DNA of 64,000 bases from Callorhinchus milii (GCF_018977255.1 NW_024704742.1:8248001-8312000), one strand, 5' to 3'. Shown: positions 47,501 to 58,659, counted from the first letter of the stretch. Notes: generated from the letters alone by a model not told the origin. Program-made: numbers and translations.

Positions 47501-50500
47501 TCATCCACACTAAACCTGTCCCTGTCAAGCACTCTGAGATGTTATCCTACATCTAGGTTGCTTTATAAATGCCAGTTGTTGTAGCTCCTCCACTGTAGCT
47601 GTCTCCTTGGGGAGAGGTAACAGGTGGGGTGAATCAAGCTGGACAAATGACATAAAGCTTGCCAAACAGTGCTATCAATGGCAAGCTATGTGGTTTTAGC
47701 TGGTTAGATTCCAGCAGTTACCCTCTGGGGTCTCCAAGTCTTGGCTCTTGTCAACCTGCGCCTAATAGTCTCCAGAATTAGTTAAACAGGATGCGTAGCT
47801 CCAGGGGGAGAGAGTGAACATTATAATAACCATAATAATAAGCCTTGCGCTTGAGACGCCTCAAAGCACTTCACAGAATATACTGCAAAATTAATTCAAT
47901 GTATATATTATATGGAGGAAACGTAAACGCAAAGCAGTGTCTCACAAACAGTGCTGGATTGTCCGACCAAACAAAAGCTCCAAATCCTAATCCTGTCCTC
48001 TTTCCTGAATGTGTCTGATCTGATCTGTGGAGGTCTGTACCCTCAGAAATGCGACCCGTCAATCGACTAACAACCGGGTTCCTAATTACAACTAGGTGAA
48101 CAGAGCTGTGTGGCATAAGGAAACTTGCCTAACATTTCGCCCTGCTCAGGTATCGAACTCGGGTCCTCTCGTTTGCAAGCGAGGATTCTAACCCGGTTCA
48201 AATCCAACTTAACTGTCCATTGGCAGATCTGGCTGAACCTTATTAAATCTTACAGCTCCACCATCGCCTCCGCTAAATCATTATTCTACTCCAAGACAAT
48301 CTTGGAGGCCAAGGACAACCCAGGCTACTCTTCTCCATCGCCATCTGGCTCCTCCGCCCACCGTCCGACACCTCACCTCCAATGCCAACTGCGAGGAGAT
48401 GCTGGACTTGCTCAAAACCAAAGTTGAGGGGATCTGCTTAGCTGCCTCTGCCCTTCCGTCTGCTACCCGCTCCCCATCTCCCCCTCACAACCTGGCCCCT
48501 ATCCATCCCTCCCTCCGCATCTTCGAACCTGTCTCCCACTCCTCTCTCATCACCATTATAACTCGCATGAAACCGACCACCTGCTCCCTCAACCCCATCC
48601 CTACCCCTCTCCTTACTTCCCAGCTCCACCTCCTTGCCTCTCTACTCACAGACATCATAAACCTCTCCCTATCCACTGGCACCATTCCACCCATCTAAAA
48701 ACGTCCGTCATCATTTCTATTCTAAACTACCACCCCATCTCCAACCTCTCTTTCCAAGGTCCTGGAACGAGTCATTGCCTCCCAGCTTTGCTCCTTCCTC
48801 TCAGATCGTACCTCACATCGTCTCCACTTCATCTCCACAAATGGCTTCTCCTCTAGCACACGTACCATCTCATGCGGTGTTCCTCAGGGCTCTGTCCTTC
48901 GTCCCCTCCTCTTCAATATCCATATGCTCCATCTTGTGACATCATCCGCAGACATGGGGTCAATATCCACATGTATGCAGATGACACCCAACTCTATCTC
49001 TCTGCCGCCACCTTTGACTCCAGGACCACTGCTGTCCTGACAGAATGTCTATCAGACTTCAAGTGCTGGATAGAGCTAACTTTCTTCAGTTGAACGTCAC
49101 CAAGACTGAAGCCCTAATGACTGGCTCCTATCAGAGCCTACAACAACAACAACTTGGATTTATATAACACCCTCCATGCCAGATGGCATCTCAAAGCGCT
49201 TCACAATAACGGATCCCAGGGCAGAGCCAGGGGGAGGGGGAATAGGGTGACCAAAAGCGCGGTCGAAAAGAAAGGTCTTTAGCCGAGACCTGAAAGTAGG
49301 AAAAGAGGGGACGAGGCGAAGGGAGAGAGGAAGGGAGTTCCAGAGCCTCGGGGTGTAGTGGCTAAAGGCACGGCCGCCGACGTTGCGACGGTGGAGCGGA
49401 GGATTCGGGGGACAAGGAGGAGGCCAGACCCGGTGGAGCGAAGGCAACGGTTGTGAGGAGAGAGGAGGTCAGAGAGGTGCAGAGGAGTAGAGGGATTTGA
49501 AGAGTGAGGATCTTGAAATCGATCCACTCTGGGACAGGCAGCCAGTGCAGTCTGGCAAGGACTGGGGTAATCAGGGAGCGGAGTTTAGTTCCGGTAAGAA
49601 TGCGGGCGGCAGAATTCTGGATAACCTGGATTTTATGGATGGTAGTGGAGGGGAGACCGGCGAGGAGGGCATTTGAATAGTCCAGCCGAGAGATGACAAA
49701 GGCATGGACCAGGGTTTCGACGTTATTTGGGGTGAGATATTGGCAGAGACGGGCGATGCGTCGGAGGTGGAAGAAAACGGTGCTGGTGAGAGACCGGATG
49801 TGGGGGAGAAAGGATAATTGGGGGTCGAACCTGACGCCTAGGTTGTGTACAGGTTCGGAGAGTTTTAGGGGCAGGTCGGGTAGGTGGAGGAGATGAGAAC
49901 TGTGCGATTGAAGACGTTGATGACAGCCAAAAAGTACGACTTTGTCTTATCAATATTTAGCTGAAGAAACCTCAGGCACTGACAGTATCACCATCCAAGG
50001 ATGCACACTTCATCTTATTGAGTCAGTCCGGAACCTTGGCATCTTGTTTGAGGCTCAACTATCCTTTCTACCCCACAACTGTGCCATGTCCTGCTCTGCC
50101 TTCCCCTACCTCCACAACATCACCCGGCTCCGCCAGACTCACACTGTAGGCCACCGAAACCCTCATACTCGCATTCATAACATCGAGGCTCCACTCCATA
50201 GGCTGCAGATCATCAAGAACTCTGCAGACCGTGTCCTTTCCTGCACCAGGCTCCATGACCCCATCACTCCCATCCTCGCCCGACTCCACTGGCTTCCCAT
50301 CACACAAAGGATTCAGTTCAAGATCTTGGTCGTCACCTTCAAAGGCCTCCATGGCTACCTCTGTGACCTCCTTATCCCTTACCAACCTGCCTGCTTCACT
50401 CCCCTGCCTCGCCCGTCCCACCAATGGTGGACGGGCCTTCAGCCACTCTCATCCCACCCTCTGGAACTCCATCCTGCAGTCCCTCCGCCTCACCCCGTCC

Positions 50501-53500
50501 CTTGTCTCCTTCAAGAGCCATTCAACACTCTCCTCTTCGACCGTGCCTTCGATCACCATCCTGCCAACCGTGCCCTCCACCCTCTCTGATCCCAACCCCC
50601 ATCTTGGATCTGAAACACCCAAGTCCAGCTCCCTGGGAGACCTGTAGCCAAAGCTATTGCTGCAGGATATTGCAATGCACATATTGGGTACCACATTCAC
50701 CTACAAAATACACAGTAACTCCACTTTATAGCCTGTGAATGACTTTGCAAAGTCCTCCCGACATGAAAGGCACTATGTCAACTGTAAGGATTATATTACC
50801 CTTCTCCTCCTCTGCGTGAACATCTTGCTGCATGCATGTTAAAAACACAAAAATATAATCCTTGCATATAGTGCCTTATCATGTCTTTGAGACAACAACA
50901 GCAACAACAAAATTATATTTGTGTAGCACCTTTCACGAGACATCTCAAAGCGCTTCACAGAATATATTGAAAGTCAATTCAATGTATATTTTGAAACATG
51001 GGAGCCAATTGCGCATAGCAATGCCTCACAAACAGTCATGGATTGTGTGACCAAACACAAGAAAGGTTATAATAATAATCCTTGCATTTGATATAGCGCT
51101 TTTCACGTCTTCTAGACGTCTCAAAGCGCTTCACAGAATACACTGTAAAGTGAATTGGCAGTATCTTTGTATATATACGTTTTAAAACAAATGCAGCAGA
51201 ATACAATTGGTGTGTGCACACATCTTACCTGAGTCCTACACATGTACTTGCAGCAACCCGGGATCCAAGAATTCCTCTTACTGTTCCTTCGTAGTAACAA
51301 TTACTCTACAGAAAGAGTGTTCAAAACATTTTAATAATCTGCATACTTGGAGCAGTGATGGCTGCTAAGACCAGATCTGGACATCTACCTTACAGTAGGA
51401 ACAAATATATTTCCACTATTTCCTTATCTGCTGTGAACTTAATGCTCCTATCCTGACTTTAACCATCCTTTTATTGCTAACATGCCGATAGAACATCTTG
51501 CTTTCTCTTTTTATATTTTTATTATGCTCTCCTCGTGGTCCTATTTGCCTTGCTAATCGTCTTTTTAACTTCTTTCCCAAATTTGCTGTATTCACTCCTG
51601 CTTTCCTCTCCGTCGATTTCAAGTTCCTCTCACTCGTTTTCAAACCCCTTCATGCTCTTGCACCTCCCTATCTATACAATCTGCTTACTCCCAGCCCACC
51701 TGCTACCTCCCTCAGCTGGCTCCGGCATCCTGTTTGTCCTCGTGCCCTCCATTCCGCCACTCTGGAATTCTCTCCCTCAATCACTCAGCTTTGTCCCCTC
51801 CTTCCCCACCTTCAAATCCCATCTAAAGACCTTCCTTTTATATTGTGCATACGGTTAACTCCCCCCTCCCTTTCCTCCTGGCTCAGTATTAGACTCCGCC
51901 ACTTTCGAGCACTCCAGGACACTACCCCGTGTGAAGGCACAATTTAAATGGAAGTTGTTGCTGTTATCTATACTGTACTTTTCAAGTGCCTTTTCGCTTA
52001 ACTGCAGTTTTGTCGTCACTGCCCATCCCATTGCTGGTTAATATATCCCTCCAGGTCTTACCTGTACCACTGCAACCTCCTCAAACCCTACCAACATGGC
52101 CCCTTCCTCCGCCCAGCGGGCACTGGCCTGCTTCACATTCCTCGGTCCACTCGCCCTAATGTCAGCAGTCGAACTTTGAGGTATCCTTACCCCCCAGCTC
52201 CAACTCTTGCCCCCCTACTCACAGACATCATAAACGTCTCCCTGTCCATTGGCACCAGTCCCACTGCTCTAAAAACGTGTCATCACTCCTTGCCTTAAAA
52301 AACTCTCCCTGGACCCATCCCTGCTCTCAAACTACTGCCCCATCTCCAACCTCCCTTTCCTATTCAACGTCTTGGAACAAGTTGTTGCTTCGCTCCTTCC
52401 TCTCCCACCATTCCCTTCACGAACCCTTCCAATCGGGTTTCCGTGATACCCACAGCACAGAAACAGTCTGGACAAAGTAACAAATGACATTCTGTCCATC
52501 TGCGACCAGGACTCCCTCTGCCTCCCGTCAGCTCCTTCACAGCTCAGGCACTGACAGCATCACCATCCAAGGATGCATTCTCCAACCTTATTGAGCCAGT
52601 CTGGACTACCTTGGCATCTCGTTTGACACTCAACTATCCTTTCTACCCCACATCTGTGCCATGTCCTGCTCTGCCTTCCCCCACCTCCGCAACACTGCCC
52701 GGCTCCACCAGTGTCTCACACTGCAGCCCGCCGAGACTCTCATACACACATTCATAATATCCAGGCTCGACTACACAAACTCCCCGCTTGTCGGCCTCCC
52801 CAACTCCTCCCTCCACAGGCTGCAGATCATCCACAACCCTGCATCCCGTGTCCTCTCCCGCTCCAGGTTCCGTGACCCTATTACCCCCATCCTCACCCGA
52901 CTCCACTGGCTTCCCATCACACAAAGGATACAGGTCAAGATCCTGGTCCTCACCCATGGCCTTGTTTCCCCCTACCTCTGTGACCTCCTAACCCCTTACC
53001 AACCTGCCTGCCCTCTGGATCTCCATCCCAAAGTCCCCTCCCTTGCCTCCTTCAAGATCTGTCCTAAGACCCTCCTCTTCGACCGTGCCTTCGGTCACCC
53101 TCCTTCTCCCGCTGCCCTCCACCCTCCCAGATCCCGATGCCCAGCTCAGGTCCAAAACACTGACTGTCCAGCGCGTGGGACGTCCTCCCGACGTTTTGTT
53201 GTATCCATCCCCACTCTGGAAATCGATCCCAAGAGCCTTCAGCTCGACCCTACGCTTCCTTCAATGTCTTCCTCAAGATCTTCCTCTTTGACTGCCCTTG
53301 GCTGTCGAGCGCTTTGGGATGTCCTCCTGACATGAAAGCTTCTATGTAAATGTAAGTTTGTATTGTATAGTCTGCAGCTTGAGAAGGAACGCTGGCAGGC
53401 AGAGTAGTATATGACAAGCCTGGATGTTGTGAACGTGGGGATAAGGATCTCGGCAACCTGGGGGTAGAGGCCGTGGTGGGGACAGGCAATGTTTCATAGG

Positions 53501-56500
53501 TGAGGCAAAGCTGAGTGGGTAAAAGCATGGGGATATGAAGGGCAGCTCGGAGTCAAATAAGAAACCAAGGTTCCACACTGTGTCCATGATGAAGGGAGAC
53601 GGTTGAGTAAAACGTGAAGTGCTTAATAATAATAACAACAATCCTTGCATTAGATTTAGCACGTTATCAAGTCGATGAAATGTCTCAAAGTGCTTCATAG
53701 AATATACTGGGTATTTTGTGGGTGAAACACAGCAGCCAATTAAACAAGCGGAAGGAAATAGATGTAAGGGAACAGATTAATTAGGCAAGATGTTGGGATA
53801 AGGTTCTGGAAGGATGACAATAAATGGGCCAAAGAGCCGTCTTAATCCAAACCATACCTGTGACCTTGCGTTACTGGAGCTAACCAAGAGTTACTTTACC
53901 TTTATGCTCGAAAAAAAGTCACGACACCAAGTAATTTATCAGTAAATATTACTTTACCTGTCCACCAGGCTGCTTCCACAGTGACTTGTAATTGAGGTGT
54001 CAATGGGCATGTGGCAACGCTTCATAATAATAATAATCCTTGCATTTGATAAAGCGCCTTATCATGTATTTCATACCATAAAACCATAGAATTATACAGC
54101 ACAGAAGAAGGCCATTCGGCCCATCGTCTGTGCCGGCTCTTTGAAATGAGCTATCCAAATCAATCCCACTCCCCGCTCTCTCGCCATAGCCCTGCAAACT
54201 TGTTCTCCCCAAATAATTATCTATTTTTCTCTTCAAAATTTTATCTAATCGGCTTCCACCACCCTTTCAAGTAATGCATTCCAGATCCGAACAACTCGCT
54301 GAATGAAAAGATTTTTCCTCACCTCCCGTTTTTTTTAAAACAACAATTTTAAATCGGTGTCCTCGGGTTACTGACACACCTGCCAGTGGAAATAATTTCT
54401 CCTTGTTCACCCTATCGAATTCCTTCATAATTTTGAAAACTTCTATTAAGGAGAATAATCCTAGCTTCTCTCACCTCTCCTGATAACTGAAGTCCCTCAT
54501 TCCTGGTACCTTACTGGCAAATCTTCTTTGCACCTTCTTCAATGCCTTGACATCCTTCCTAATTGTGGTGCCCAGAACTGAACACAGTCTCTAGCTGAGG
54601 CCTAACCAGTGTTTTATAAAGGTTCATCATAACTTCTTGACCTCTGTATTCTATGCCCTTATTTATAAAGCCTAGTATCCCAAATGCTTTTTTTTAAAAA
54701 CAGCTTTATCTACCTATCCTGCCACCTTCAAAGATTTACTTATGTGAACCCCCAGGTCTCTCTGTTTCTTCACCCCTTTTAAGATTGTACCATCAAAACG
54801 CTTCACAGAATACACTGCAAAATGAATTGACTGTATATATTTTGTGGGCGAAATGCGGCAACCAATTGCGCAGAAACAGTCGTGGAATGAGTATCTAAAT
54901 TCTTCTTCTTTTAAAATGTATTTATTTATTACATCCCCCCCAGGAAAGCAATCTGCCAATCAACTATTTGTTGCTAGGTAAACAGAGGCACGTGGAGTAA
55001 GGAAACTTGCCTAAGGTTTTAGCCTGCCCAGGAATCAAACCCATATATTTGCACTCTCCACCTCCGAGCCAGTACGGAACCTTGGTGTTCTGCTCCACTC
55101 ACAACTATCCTTTAAACCCTGCCATAATCTGTTCTGCCTTCCCCTGGTCTGCAACAATGCCCAGCTCCGCCACTGTCTCTCATCTCAGGATGCCGAGACC
55201 CTCATTCTAACTCCCTGCTCGACGGATATCCCAACTCTTCTTTCCACAGGCTGAAGATTACTTGAAACTCTGCACCTCCAATCCTCCCCCATACCAAACT
55301 CCGTGAACTGATTATCAGCATCCTCCGCTGGCTCCCCAACCCTCAGAGGAGAGTTTAAAATCCTAATCCTCACTTTGAAAGCCCTCCACTGCCTTGTTCC
55401 TTCCTATCTCTGCGACCTATTACCACTATAACAACCTTGGTCTGCTCTCCGCTCGGCGGGCACTGGCCTGCTTCATGTCCCTTGACCTGCCCGCTCTACC
55501 ATTGATGGTTGGGCCTTCAGCCTCTCTACCCCCACCCTCTGGAACTCCTTCCCACAATCACACCGCCTCGCCCCCTCTCTTGCCTCCTTCAAGACCCTCC
55601 TCTTTGATCAAGTTTTTGGCCACCTTCCAAACCCCTGCCCAGGTGCAACACCTTCACTGACCATCGCCTTGGGACGTCCTTCTGACCTGAAAGGCGCTGT
55701 GTAAATGTCACTTTGTTGTTAATTTCCAGCATCCTGGCCTGAACTGCCTTTCCTGATGATTAAAGAGCAATCGAGGCTGGAATAAAATAGTTGGTGCTTC
55801 TAGAATTGTTTTAAACTAGCACTCTCAAATCTCTCCCGAGTGTGAGCAGAGAACACAAACCACAAAAGGCTGCGTAAATCAGCATTCTGTCTCTCACCAG
55901 GTCACTGCTCTGTTCTGTCAGTAAAGTTCCATTTGAATCATAATACGACACTTGAAAGCCTTTTGATATGAGGATTCTGTAAAGTTACAGAAAAGAACAA
56001 GAATCAAATACTACCAAGGAAAGCACATTTGAATAAATCAACTCAACAATAATAATAATCTTTCCATTTGATATACTGCCTTATCACGTCCATGGGACGT
56101 CTCAAAGCGCTTCACAGAATATACTGTAAAGTGAATTTACTATGTATTGTGTAAACGAAACAACAGCAGCCAATTGCAGCATTCCACAAACAGTCATGGA
56201 TTGAGTGACCAAATTTTTTTTTTTAGGGATTATTATCCATGAAAAAGCAATGCACCAATCGACTAATAAGCAGGTTCCTACTTACTGCTAGAAACACTGC
56301 GCAATGGCTGCTGCGTTTCGCCCCAAGATATAAAGTCAATTTTCTTTATACTATATTCTGTGAAGCGCTTTGAGACGTTTCAAAGATATAAGGCGCTATA
56401 TCAAATGCAAGGATTATTATTATTAGTAATAGTAGTAGAGGCATGTACAGAAGACAATGGCTATTAAGCTTTACTCACTCGTTTCTTCTGAGCTCCAGGA

Positions 56501-58659
56501 TTAGCTGCTTTTCTTCTGTTTCCACAGAAACCAGAAGCTCACCAGCACTGCCATTCTACTCAACAAAGAGGAACTTTTATTAACTGAACTGAAAAGAACA
56601 AGTTAAGCTTGGAAAGCAAGTGCAGTCAGAATACAACAACAACAAATTACATTTACACAGCATCGTTCATGGCGGGAAGACATCCCAAGGTGCTGGACAG
56701 TCAGCGATTTGGACCCAAGCTGGAGGTTGGGATCGGGGGGCTTTGGAGGGCAGGGATAGGAGGGGGGGCCGAAGGCGTGGTCCAAGTGGAGCTTCTTGAG
56801 ACAGACCTTGAAGGAAGCAATGTAGGGAGCAAGGCAAAGGGACAATGGGATGGAGTTCGAACGGGTGGGGGCAGAGAAGCTGAAGGCTCGACCGCCAATG
56901 GTGGAGTGGGCCGGGCAGGAGACCTGGAGCAGGCTGGATCCTGCTGAGCGGAGAGAACAGCCAGGTTGATATGGTTTTAGCAGGTCACAGAGGTAGGAAG
57001 GAGCAAGGCCATGGAGGGCTTTGAAGGCCAGGACGATGATACAACAACAACTTGTTCTTACATAGCGCCTTTCACGCAGGGTAGTGTCTCAGAGCACTTA
57101 ACAGTGGCGGAGCCTGCCAAAAATATATAACGGGTACGAAGGAAAGACAAGAACAACTTGCATTTAAATAGCACCCATCATGTGGAGTAGTGTTTTGGCG
57201 TGGTTCCCCAGACAGGGAAAGGGGATTCAAAGCTTTGTTCTATCCTAAATACGACCGAGATAAAATTTGTCATTCACTTCATAAGTGTTGTGGCACATTG
57301 CTGTCTGCACACTGGCTGCTGCGTTCGCCAAAAAATTCACGATCACTATATTTTTCTGTAAAATCTTTTGAGATGTCTTAACGTGATAAGGCAATGTATA
57401 AAAATAGAACAATAATTATTAATTGAATAATCAAGACTCTCTGCTGACTGACATGGAACATTTAGATTCTTGCCCTTACATTTGCTCACCTGTTCAAGGT
57501 CACTTCTTCACCCTCCCCCTGGCTATTTTGAGCATTTTAGGATCACCTCACTCTGGCTAGATTACAGTATACCAATGAGTTTGGGATTAGTTCAGATTTG
57601 AACTATCTTAAATAGTCAGATTAGCTAGGTTCACAGCAAGGGGGTGTGGAATAGTTGTGCACTGCCTTGGAAACTTCCTTCAGATCTTTTTAGGATTTTA
57701 ACAGCATCATTAACTGCAATCTCATTCTACGGTGCACTTGTTACCTGCTGTAACAGGTGCATGCTCCACTTTTGTTTCCTGGTTATGATGGATGGGAATA
57801 TGACTCCATGATACCGATGCAGTTCTCTGAGCCACTGGAAACCATCTCCTGTTTGTGTGGGAAGGAGGAAAAGGTCAATCTGAACCCACTGATTATTTTA
57901 ATAATAAATAATAATAATAATCCTCGCATTTGATCCAGTGCTTTTCACGCCTTCTCGACGTCTCAAAGCGCTTCACAGAATATACTGCAAAGTGTATATT
58001 TGTGGGCAAAATGCGGCAGCCAATCGCGCACAGCGGCGTCCCACAAACAGCCGCGGACTGAGTGACCAAATAAGGGATTATTACTCCTTATTATTACTAT
58101 GAACTGACTAACCACCAGGTTCCTACTTACTGTTAATGAACCAGAGATGAGAGGTGTAAGGAAACCTGCCTAACGTTTCGCACTGCGGGGGGGGGGGGGA
58201 GAGTGAGGGGACTCCAGGATGGCGGTCTGTTGAATCATAGAGAATAAGGCAGTTCAGCCCCTCGGTCCTGTCCTGTAAAGACATCGCCCTGAAGACAGAT
58301 GTCTATCAAATATCTGACTGAAGAGTCTGGGCCTGTGAACACACCTCATACAGAGACCCTTCTCCCCCACACAGTGTGGGCTGTGGGGGGGGGGGCACAG
58401 GGGCTGGTGTTGGTGGCGGTGGTCCAGGTGAGGTCCGGCCCATGGGGTTGAAGCGCCCGTCACGTGTCACGGCGTCGGCTGTGCGCGGCTGATTACCCGC
58501 TGAGAGCCGGTGGCGGGTGGAATGGCCGCTGTCTGTCTCCAAAACCGGATGGACGACGGCGGTGGGGGAAGGCCAAAGGGCGCCGCCCAAACCCGCCCCC
58601 GGAGCCCTGACCCCCGGCCACACAACGGCGACAAAAACTAACACGCCATAAGCCAACAT
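6898..58659 (-). CDS. ADAM15: ADAM15-like disintegrin and metalloproteinase, spliced CDS of 25 exons, 3'-incomplete: 58659-58497, 57848-57745, 56555-56479, 55976-55898, 51305-51229, 45139-44968, 44250-44185, 43829-43758, 40241-40075, 37769-37685, 37255-37113, 35524-35350, 34033-33941, 33052-32857, 32685-32577, 31413-31224, 30867-30790, 28903-28798, 27254-27159, 25399-25346, 18672-18613, 18486-18412, 17446-17399, 17165-17094, 7051-6898
   Basis: All exons have AG/GT boundaries with compatible phases and no stop. Domain order: signal peptide, prodomain, RLKR furin site, [12 protein letters not shown] plus CIM Met-turn, disintegrin, Cys-rich, EGF-like, stalk, TM. ADAM family membership is secure. 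ADAM15 affinity rests on recalled motifs (LLPRL, LGIAS before [10 protein letters not shown] spacing), so it may be a paralogue. Confidence 0.85.
7781..8374 (-). mobile_element. CR1 LINE 3' end, interrupted by a short L2 fragment at about 7985-8212
   Basis: ATTCTATG-type tail repeats. Continues at 12096 after the full-length L2. Confidence 0.8.
8375..12093 (+). mobile_element. Apparently full-length L2-clade LINE, single ORF, inserted in a CR1 fragment
   Basis: GC-rich 5' UTR, intact ORF, 3' stem-loop and (TTG)n tail. Flanks rejoin as gaaaactt/ctattaag, as in the uninterrupted CR1 copy near 61258. Confidence 0.93.
8690..12070 (+). CDS. L2 APE endonuclease-reverse transcriptase (1126 aa from first ATG)
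   Basis: NVRSL, LTETWL, GGGVA, GDFN and SDH endonuclease motifs; [35 protein letters not shown] and YADDTQ RT motifs; LHWLP; no stops. Confidence 0.95.
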   Translation: MAAALTRAPSPPPSRSPPLSPQTLPPLHLSRSLLLSLRPSRLLSPLDPPTTSLCSSLGILRRAHRGTRRWLSSSSHTDCPIPHHTRQPPRTQTRGVNLSSLIPIPPTPASQPGPPSPPTHPSVNRSLHIGLQNVRSLCNKALVINDLILDENVDIMALTETWLTPGDTFPLTEATPPGYTSHHIPRPNRRGGGVALISRTPLALSPYSSGSFPSFEHLTLSHPSFLSLKILLLYRPPKTSPTFISDISTLLTSLCLSSDRLIILGDFNLHFTPSCSISTDFSSLLSSLNLSLHINSPTHSHGHPLDLVITRGLSVSDVTITDKAISDHYFISFTTSTPLPTSTRPTTIFYRPWKKLPPQSLTDALESSELLSLWPSTLTDPSSPLSLLHNILSSTLDTLAPITSRTVSYSRSSPWYTTHLRSLKCQVRAAERTFVKSGLTVHRQIWLDLLKIYRSTLASAKSSFYSRIILEAKNNPRLLFSTTSRLLRPPRHPAQVISSNLHCEEMLDFLESKIKGIRSAVTSPPTSTHHPPLPSHTPTPTHPPLHTFVPVSPPSVTELILSLKPTTCSLDPIPTPLLISQLHFLAPHITDIINLSLSSGSVPIPLKTAIITPTLKKPSLDASQLSSYRPISNLPFLSKVLERVVASQLRSFLSTHSLFEPLQSGFRAAHSTETALVKVTNDILTICDQGSLCLLVLLDLSAAFDTVDHAILLHRLSSHLNLQGTVLEWFSSYLSHRLHFVSTNGFSSTPRTVSCGVPQGSVLGPLLFTLYMLPLGDIIRKHGVNFHMYADDTQLYLSSSTLNSTTTDVLTACLSDIESWTRDNFLQLNVRKTEALLIGSRQRLRTSGADTISIQGCTLHLSKPVRNLGVLFDPELSFLPHIRTTTGTAFHHLRNIARLRHYLTPHAAETLVHAFVTSRLDYGNSLLAGLPATSLHKLQVIQNSAARVLSRTRLRDHITPTLARLHWLPIPQRIDFKILILTYKAIHGLAPSYLSNLLSPYLPARTLRSSGSGLLHVPRPNRPTIGGRAFSLSAPRLWNSIPQCLRLASSLSSFKAGLKTFLFDRAFSSPLDSLPPPRSLPSLTLTISPLLSPSLPSPHPDHFPPARVMTQLCSALGRPPDVKGAL
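12096..14555 (-). mobile_element. CR1 LINE, internally deleted and frameshifted (left arm of inverted pair)
   Basis: [22 protein letters not shown] and SDHN motifs. Near-identical to the 22555-24900 region. Confidence 0.88.
15440..16560 (-). mobile_element. CR1 LINE fragment (different subfamily)
   Basis: [16 protein letters not shown]…[13 protein letters not shown]…QHGF. Confidence 0.85.
17094..17165 (-). CDS. Predicted stalk exon S6 ([24 protein letters not shown])
   Basis: 72 nt, phase 1-1, tcttattgtctacag acceptor, CAG/gtaggt donor. Confidence 0.65.
17399..17446 (-). CDS. Predicted stalk exon S5 ([16 protein letters not shown])
   Basis: 48 nt, phase 1-1, ctttcctttccacag acceptor, CAG/gtacac donor. 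Confidence 0.6.
18412..18486 (-). CDS. Predicted stalk exon S4 ([25 protein letters not shown])
   Basis: 75 nt, phase 1-1, tttgtctttactgcag acceptor, GAG/gtaagc donor. Confidence 0.7.
18613..18672 (-). CDS. Predicted stalk exon S3 ([20 protein letters not shown])
   Basis: 60 nt, phase 1-1, cttcccttttcaacag acceptor, gtaagc donor. Confidence 0.65.
19033..19352 (+). mobile_element. tRNA(Ala-TGC)-headed SINE with Deu-like core and L2 tail, short subfamily
   Basis: A box TAGCTCAGTGG, B box GTTCAATTCC, core gtgggacattgctgtgcgcaattggctgcc, L2-type stem-loop, (TTA)n tail. Confidence 0.9.
19858..19954 (-). pseudogene. Decayed or poison duplicate of stalk exon S4
   Basis: 19850-19893 matches 18404-18447 at 42/44 nt including the donor. 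It has a ttcctttag acceptor, is 97 nt long and carries an in-frame TGA. Confidence 0.55.
21368..21852. repeat. ~19-bp minisatellite gatcagtgtgggac, split by a CR1 3' fragment (about 21428-21640)
   Basis: Direct reading. Confidence 0.75.
22050..25240 (+). mobile_element. CR1 LINE with ORF1 SGNH-esterase remnant and deleted ORF2 (right arm of inverted pair)
   Basis: VIGDTMVKG…[10 protein letters not shown]…VVHVG ORF1 motifs (22185-22559), RT motifs, attctatgattctatga tail. Confidence 0.9.
25346..25399 (-). CDS. Predicted stalk exon S2 ([18 protein letters not shown])
   Basis: 54 nt, phase 1-1, cttctctttttaacag acceptor, CAG/gtacag donor. Confidence 0.65.
27159..27254 (-). CDS. Predicted stalk exon S1 ([32 protein letters not shown])
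   Basis: 96 nt, phase 1-1, tttcttaatacag (NAGNAG) acceptor, gtgagc donor, unique sequence between repeats. Confidence 0.7.
27300..27960 (-). mobile_element. Two adjacent SINE copies (short subfamily at 27300-27620 abutting the tail of a long-subfamily copy)
   Basis: Reverse-complement match to 19033-19352. The second copy retains the internal gtttacctagtagtaagtaggaaccc segment. Confidence 0.88.
28328..28672 (+). mobile_element. SINE, long subfamily (further SINE copies or fragments of either subfamily at about 6533-6848, 7141-7395, 16680-16945, 18120-18343, 20686-21010, 29948-30257, 32152-32506, 37310-37568, 44465-44796, 46040-46545, 46880-47109, 47830-48185, 56048-56425, 57900-58185, 59107-59318, 62135-62440)
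   Basis: Shared head, core and tail sequences read directly. Confidence 0.85.
28798..28903 (-). CDS. ADAM15: ADAM15-like exon 18, EGF-like ([19 protein letters not shown]…)
   Basis: VCNN-x-x-x-CHC-x-x-GW motif, gtaagg donor, ends phase 1. Confidence 0.95.
29296..29700. repeat. Degenerate G-rich repeat ggagggcaagggggt
   Basis: Direct reading. Confidence 0.75.
30790..30867 (-). CDS. ADAM15: ADAM15-like exon 17 ([26 protein letters not shown])
   Basis: 78 nt, C-x-x-x-C-x-GHG motif, gtgagt donor. Confidence 0.95.
31224..31413 (-). CDS. ADAM15: ADAM15-like exon 16, Cys-rich/hypervariable (DVKCGKLQC…[12 protein letters not shown])
   Basis: D-x-x-CGKLQC and V-x-x-GT-x-CG motifs. Confidence 0.96.
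32577..32685 (-). CDS. ADAM15: ADAM15-like exon 15, Cys-rich (…[27 protein letters not shown]…)
   Basis: N-x-x-G-x-x-x-GNCG motif. Confidence 0.96.
32857..33052 (-). CDS. ADAM15: ADAM15-like exon 14, disintegrin loop ([16 protein letters not shown]…CYNGAC…QCRDIWGP)
   Basis: ECD-x-PE-x-C loop and start of Cys-rich domain. Confidence 0.97.
33405..33880. repeat. Minisatellite cagcagtgagcggtacacaggga (23 bp) alternating with a shorter variant
   Basis: Direct reading. Confidence 0.9.
33941..34033 (-). CDS. ADAM15: ADAM15-like exon 13, disintegrin ([31 protein letters not shown])
   Basis: Disintegrin cysteine pattern, gtaagc donor. Confidence 0.97.
34320..35280 (-). mobile_element. Decayed L2 fragment (others at about 3345-3830, 14940-15430, 17640-18110, 29710-30620, 36257-36830, 55050-55720, 56633-57040)
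   Basis: LDYAN/LLAGLP similarity to the intact L2 ORF and (TTG)n tail. Confidence 0.75.
35350..35524 (-). CDS. ADAM15: ADAM15-like exon 12 ([11 protein letters not shown]…CLFNLP…[18 protein letters not shown])
   Basis: FSSCS, CL-x-N-x-P and CGN...GEECDCG motifs. Confidence 0.97.
37113..37255 (-). CDS. ADAM15: ADAM15-like exon 11, zinc-binding site (…[37 protein letters not shown]…)
   Basis: HExxHxxGxxHD and CIM Met-turn intact. Confidence 0.98.
37685..37769 (-). CDS. ADAM15: ADAM15-like exon 10 ([29 protein letters not shown])
   Basis: MC-x-x-x-x-SGG motif, 85 nt, phase 2 to 0. Confidence 0.93.
37817..40020. repeat. GC/CpG-rich minisatellite, main unit GGGCTGGGGCCGGGAGCGAGCGAGC (25 bp)
   Basis: Fills almost the whole intron 37770-40074. 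Confidence 0.95.
40075..40241 (-). CDS. ADAM15: ADAM15-like exon 9 ([18 protein letters not shown]…[21 protein letters not shown])
   Basis: Canonical adamalysin catalytic-domain motifs, gtaagg donor. Confidence 0.96.
40650..43497 (+). mobile_element. Two tandem decayed CR1 fragments (about 40650-41650 and 41705-43497)
   Basis: [24 protein letters not shown] and VQRRFTRM motifs; attctatg tail. Confidence 0.85.
43758..43829 (-). CDS. ADAM15: ADAM15-like exon 8 ([24 protein letters not shown])
   Basis: AN-x-VD motif, atttcag/gtgagt boundaries. Confidence 0.93.
44185..44250 (-). CDS. ADAM15: ADAM15-like exon 7, furin site and start of catalytic domain ([22 protein letters not shown])
   Basis: R/LKR across the junction, [10 protein letters not shown] motif. 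Confidence 0.95.
44968..45139 (-). CDS. ADAM15: ADAM15-like exon 6, prodomain with cysteine-switch Cys (…[32 protein letters not shown]…)
   Basis: SY-x-IE...H-x-x-Y motif, gtaagc donor, phase 2 to 0. Confidence 0.92.
45404..45794 (+). mobile_element. Probable non-autonomous Helitron fragment
   Basis: Starts A|TCTATACTAATAAAA directly after an L2 RT fragment, followed by tgtctgtctg. No clear CTRR 3' end. Confidence 0.45.
48190..50640 (+). mobile_element. Decayed L2 with a different L2 3' fragment nested on the minus strand (about 49140-49920)
   Basis: [18 protein letters not shown] and LHWLP motifs; the nested piece has its own (TTG)n tail. Confidence 0.85.
51229..51305 (-). CDS. ADAM15: ADAM15-like exon 5, prodomain ([25 protein letters not shown])
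   Basis: CYY-x-G-x-V-x-G...STC-x-GL motif, gtaaga donor. Confidence 0.95.
52180..53360 (+). mobile_element. Decayed L2 fragment
   Basis: QSGFR, SRLDY and LHWLP motifs, 3' stem-loop. Confidence 0.8.
54075..54794 (-). mobile_element. CR1 3' fragment inserted in a SINE
   Basis: Same 3' sequence as the other CR1 copies, with SINE halves on both sides. Confidence 0.8.
55898..55976 (-). CDS. ADAM15: ADAM15-like exon 4, prodomain ([27 protein letters not shown])
   Basis: F-x-x-x-x-Y-x-x-x-G-T prodomain motif, tttacag/gtgaga boundaries. Confidence 0.9.
56479..56555 (-). CDS. ADAM15: ADAM15-like exon 3, prodomain ([25 protein letters not shown])
   Basis: ADAM prodomain L-x-L-E-L-x-x-N motif, gtgagt donor, 77 nt. 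Confidence 0.9.
57745..57848 (-). CDS. ADAM15: ADAM15-like exon 2 ([35 protein letters not shown])
   Basis: cag acceptor, CAG/gtaaca donor, phase 1 to 0, open frame. Confidence 0.8.
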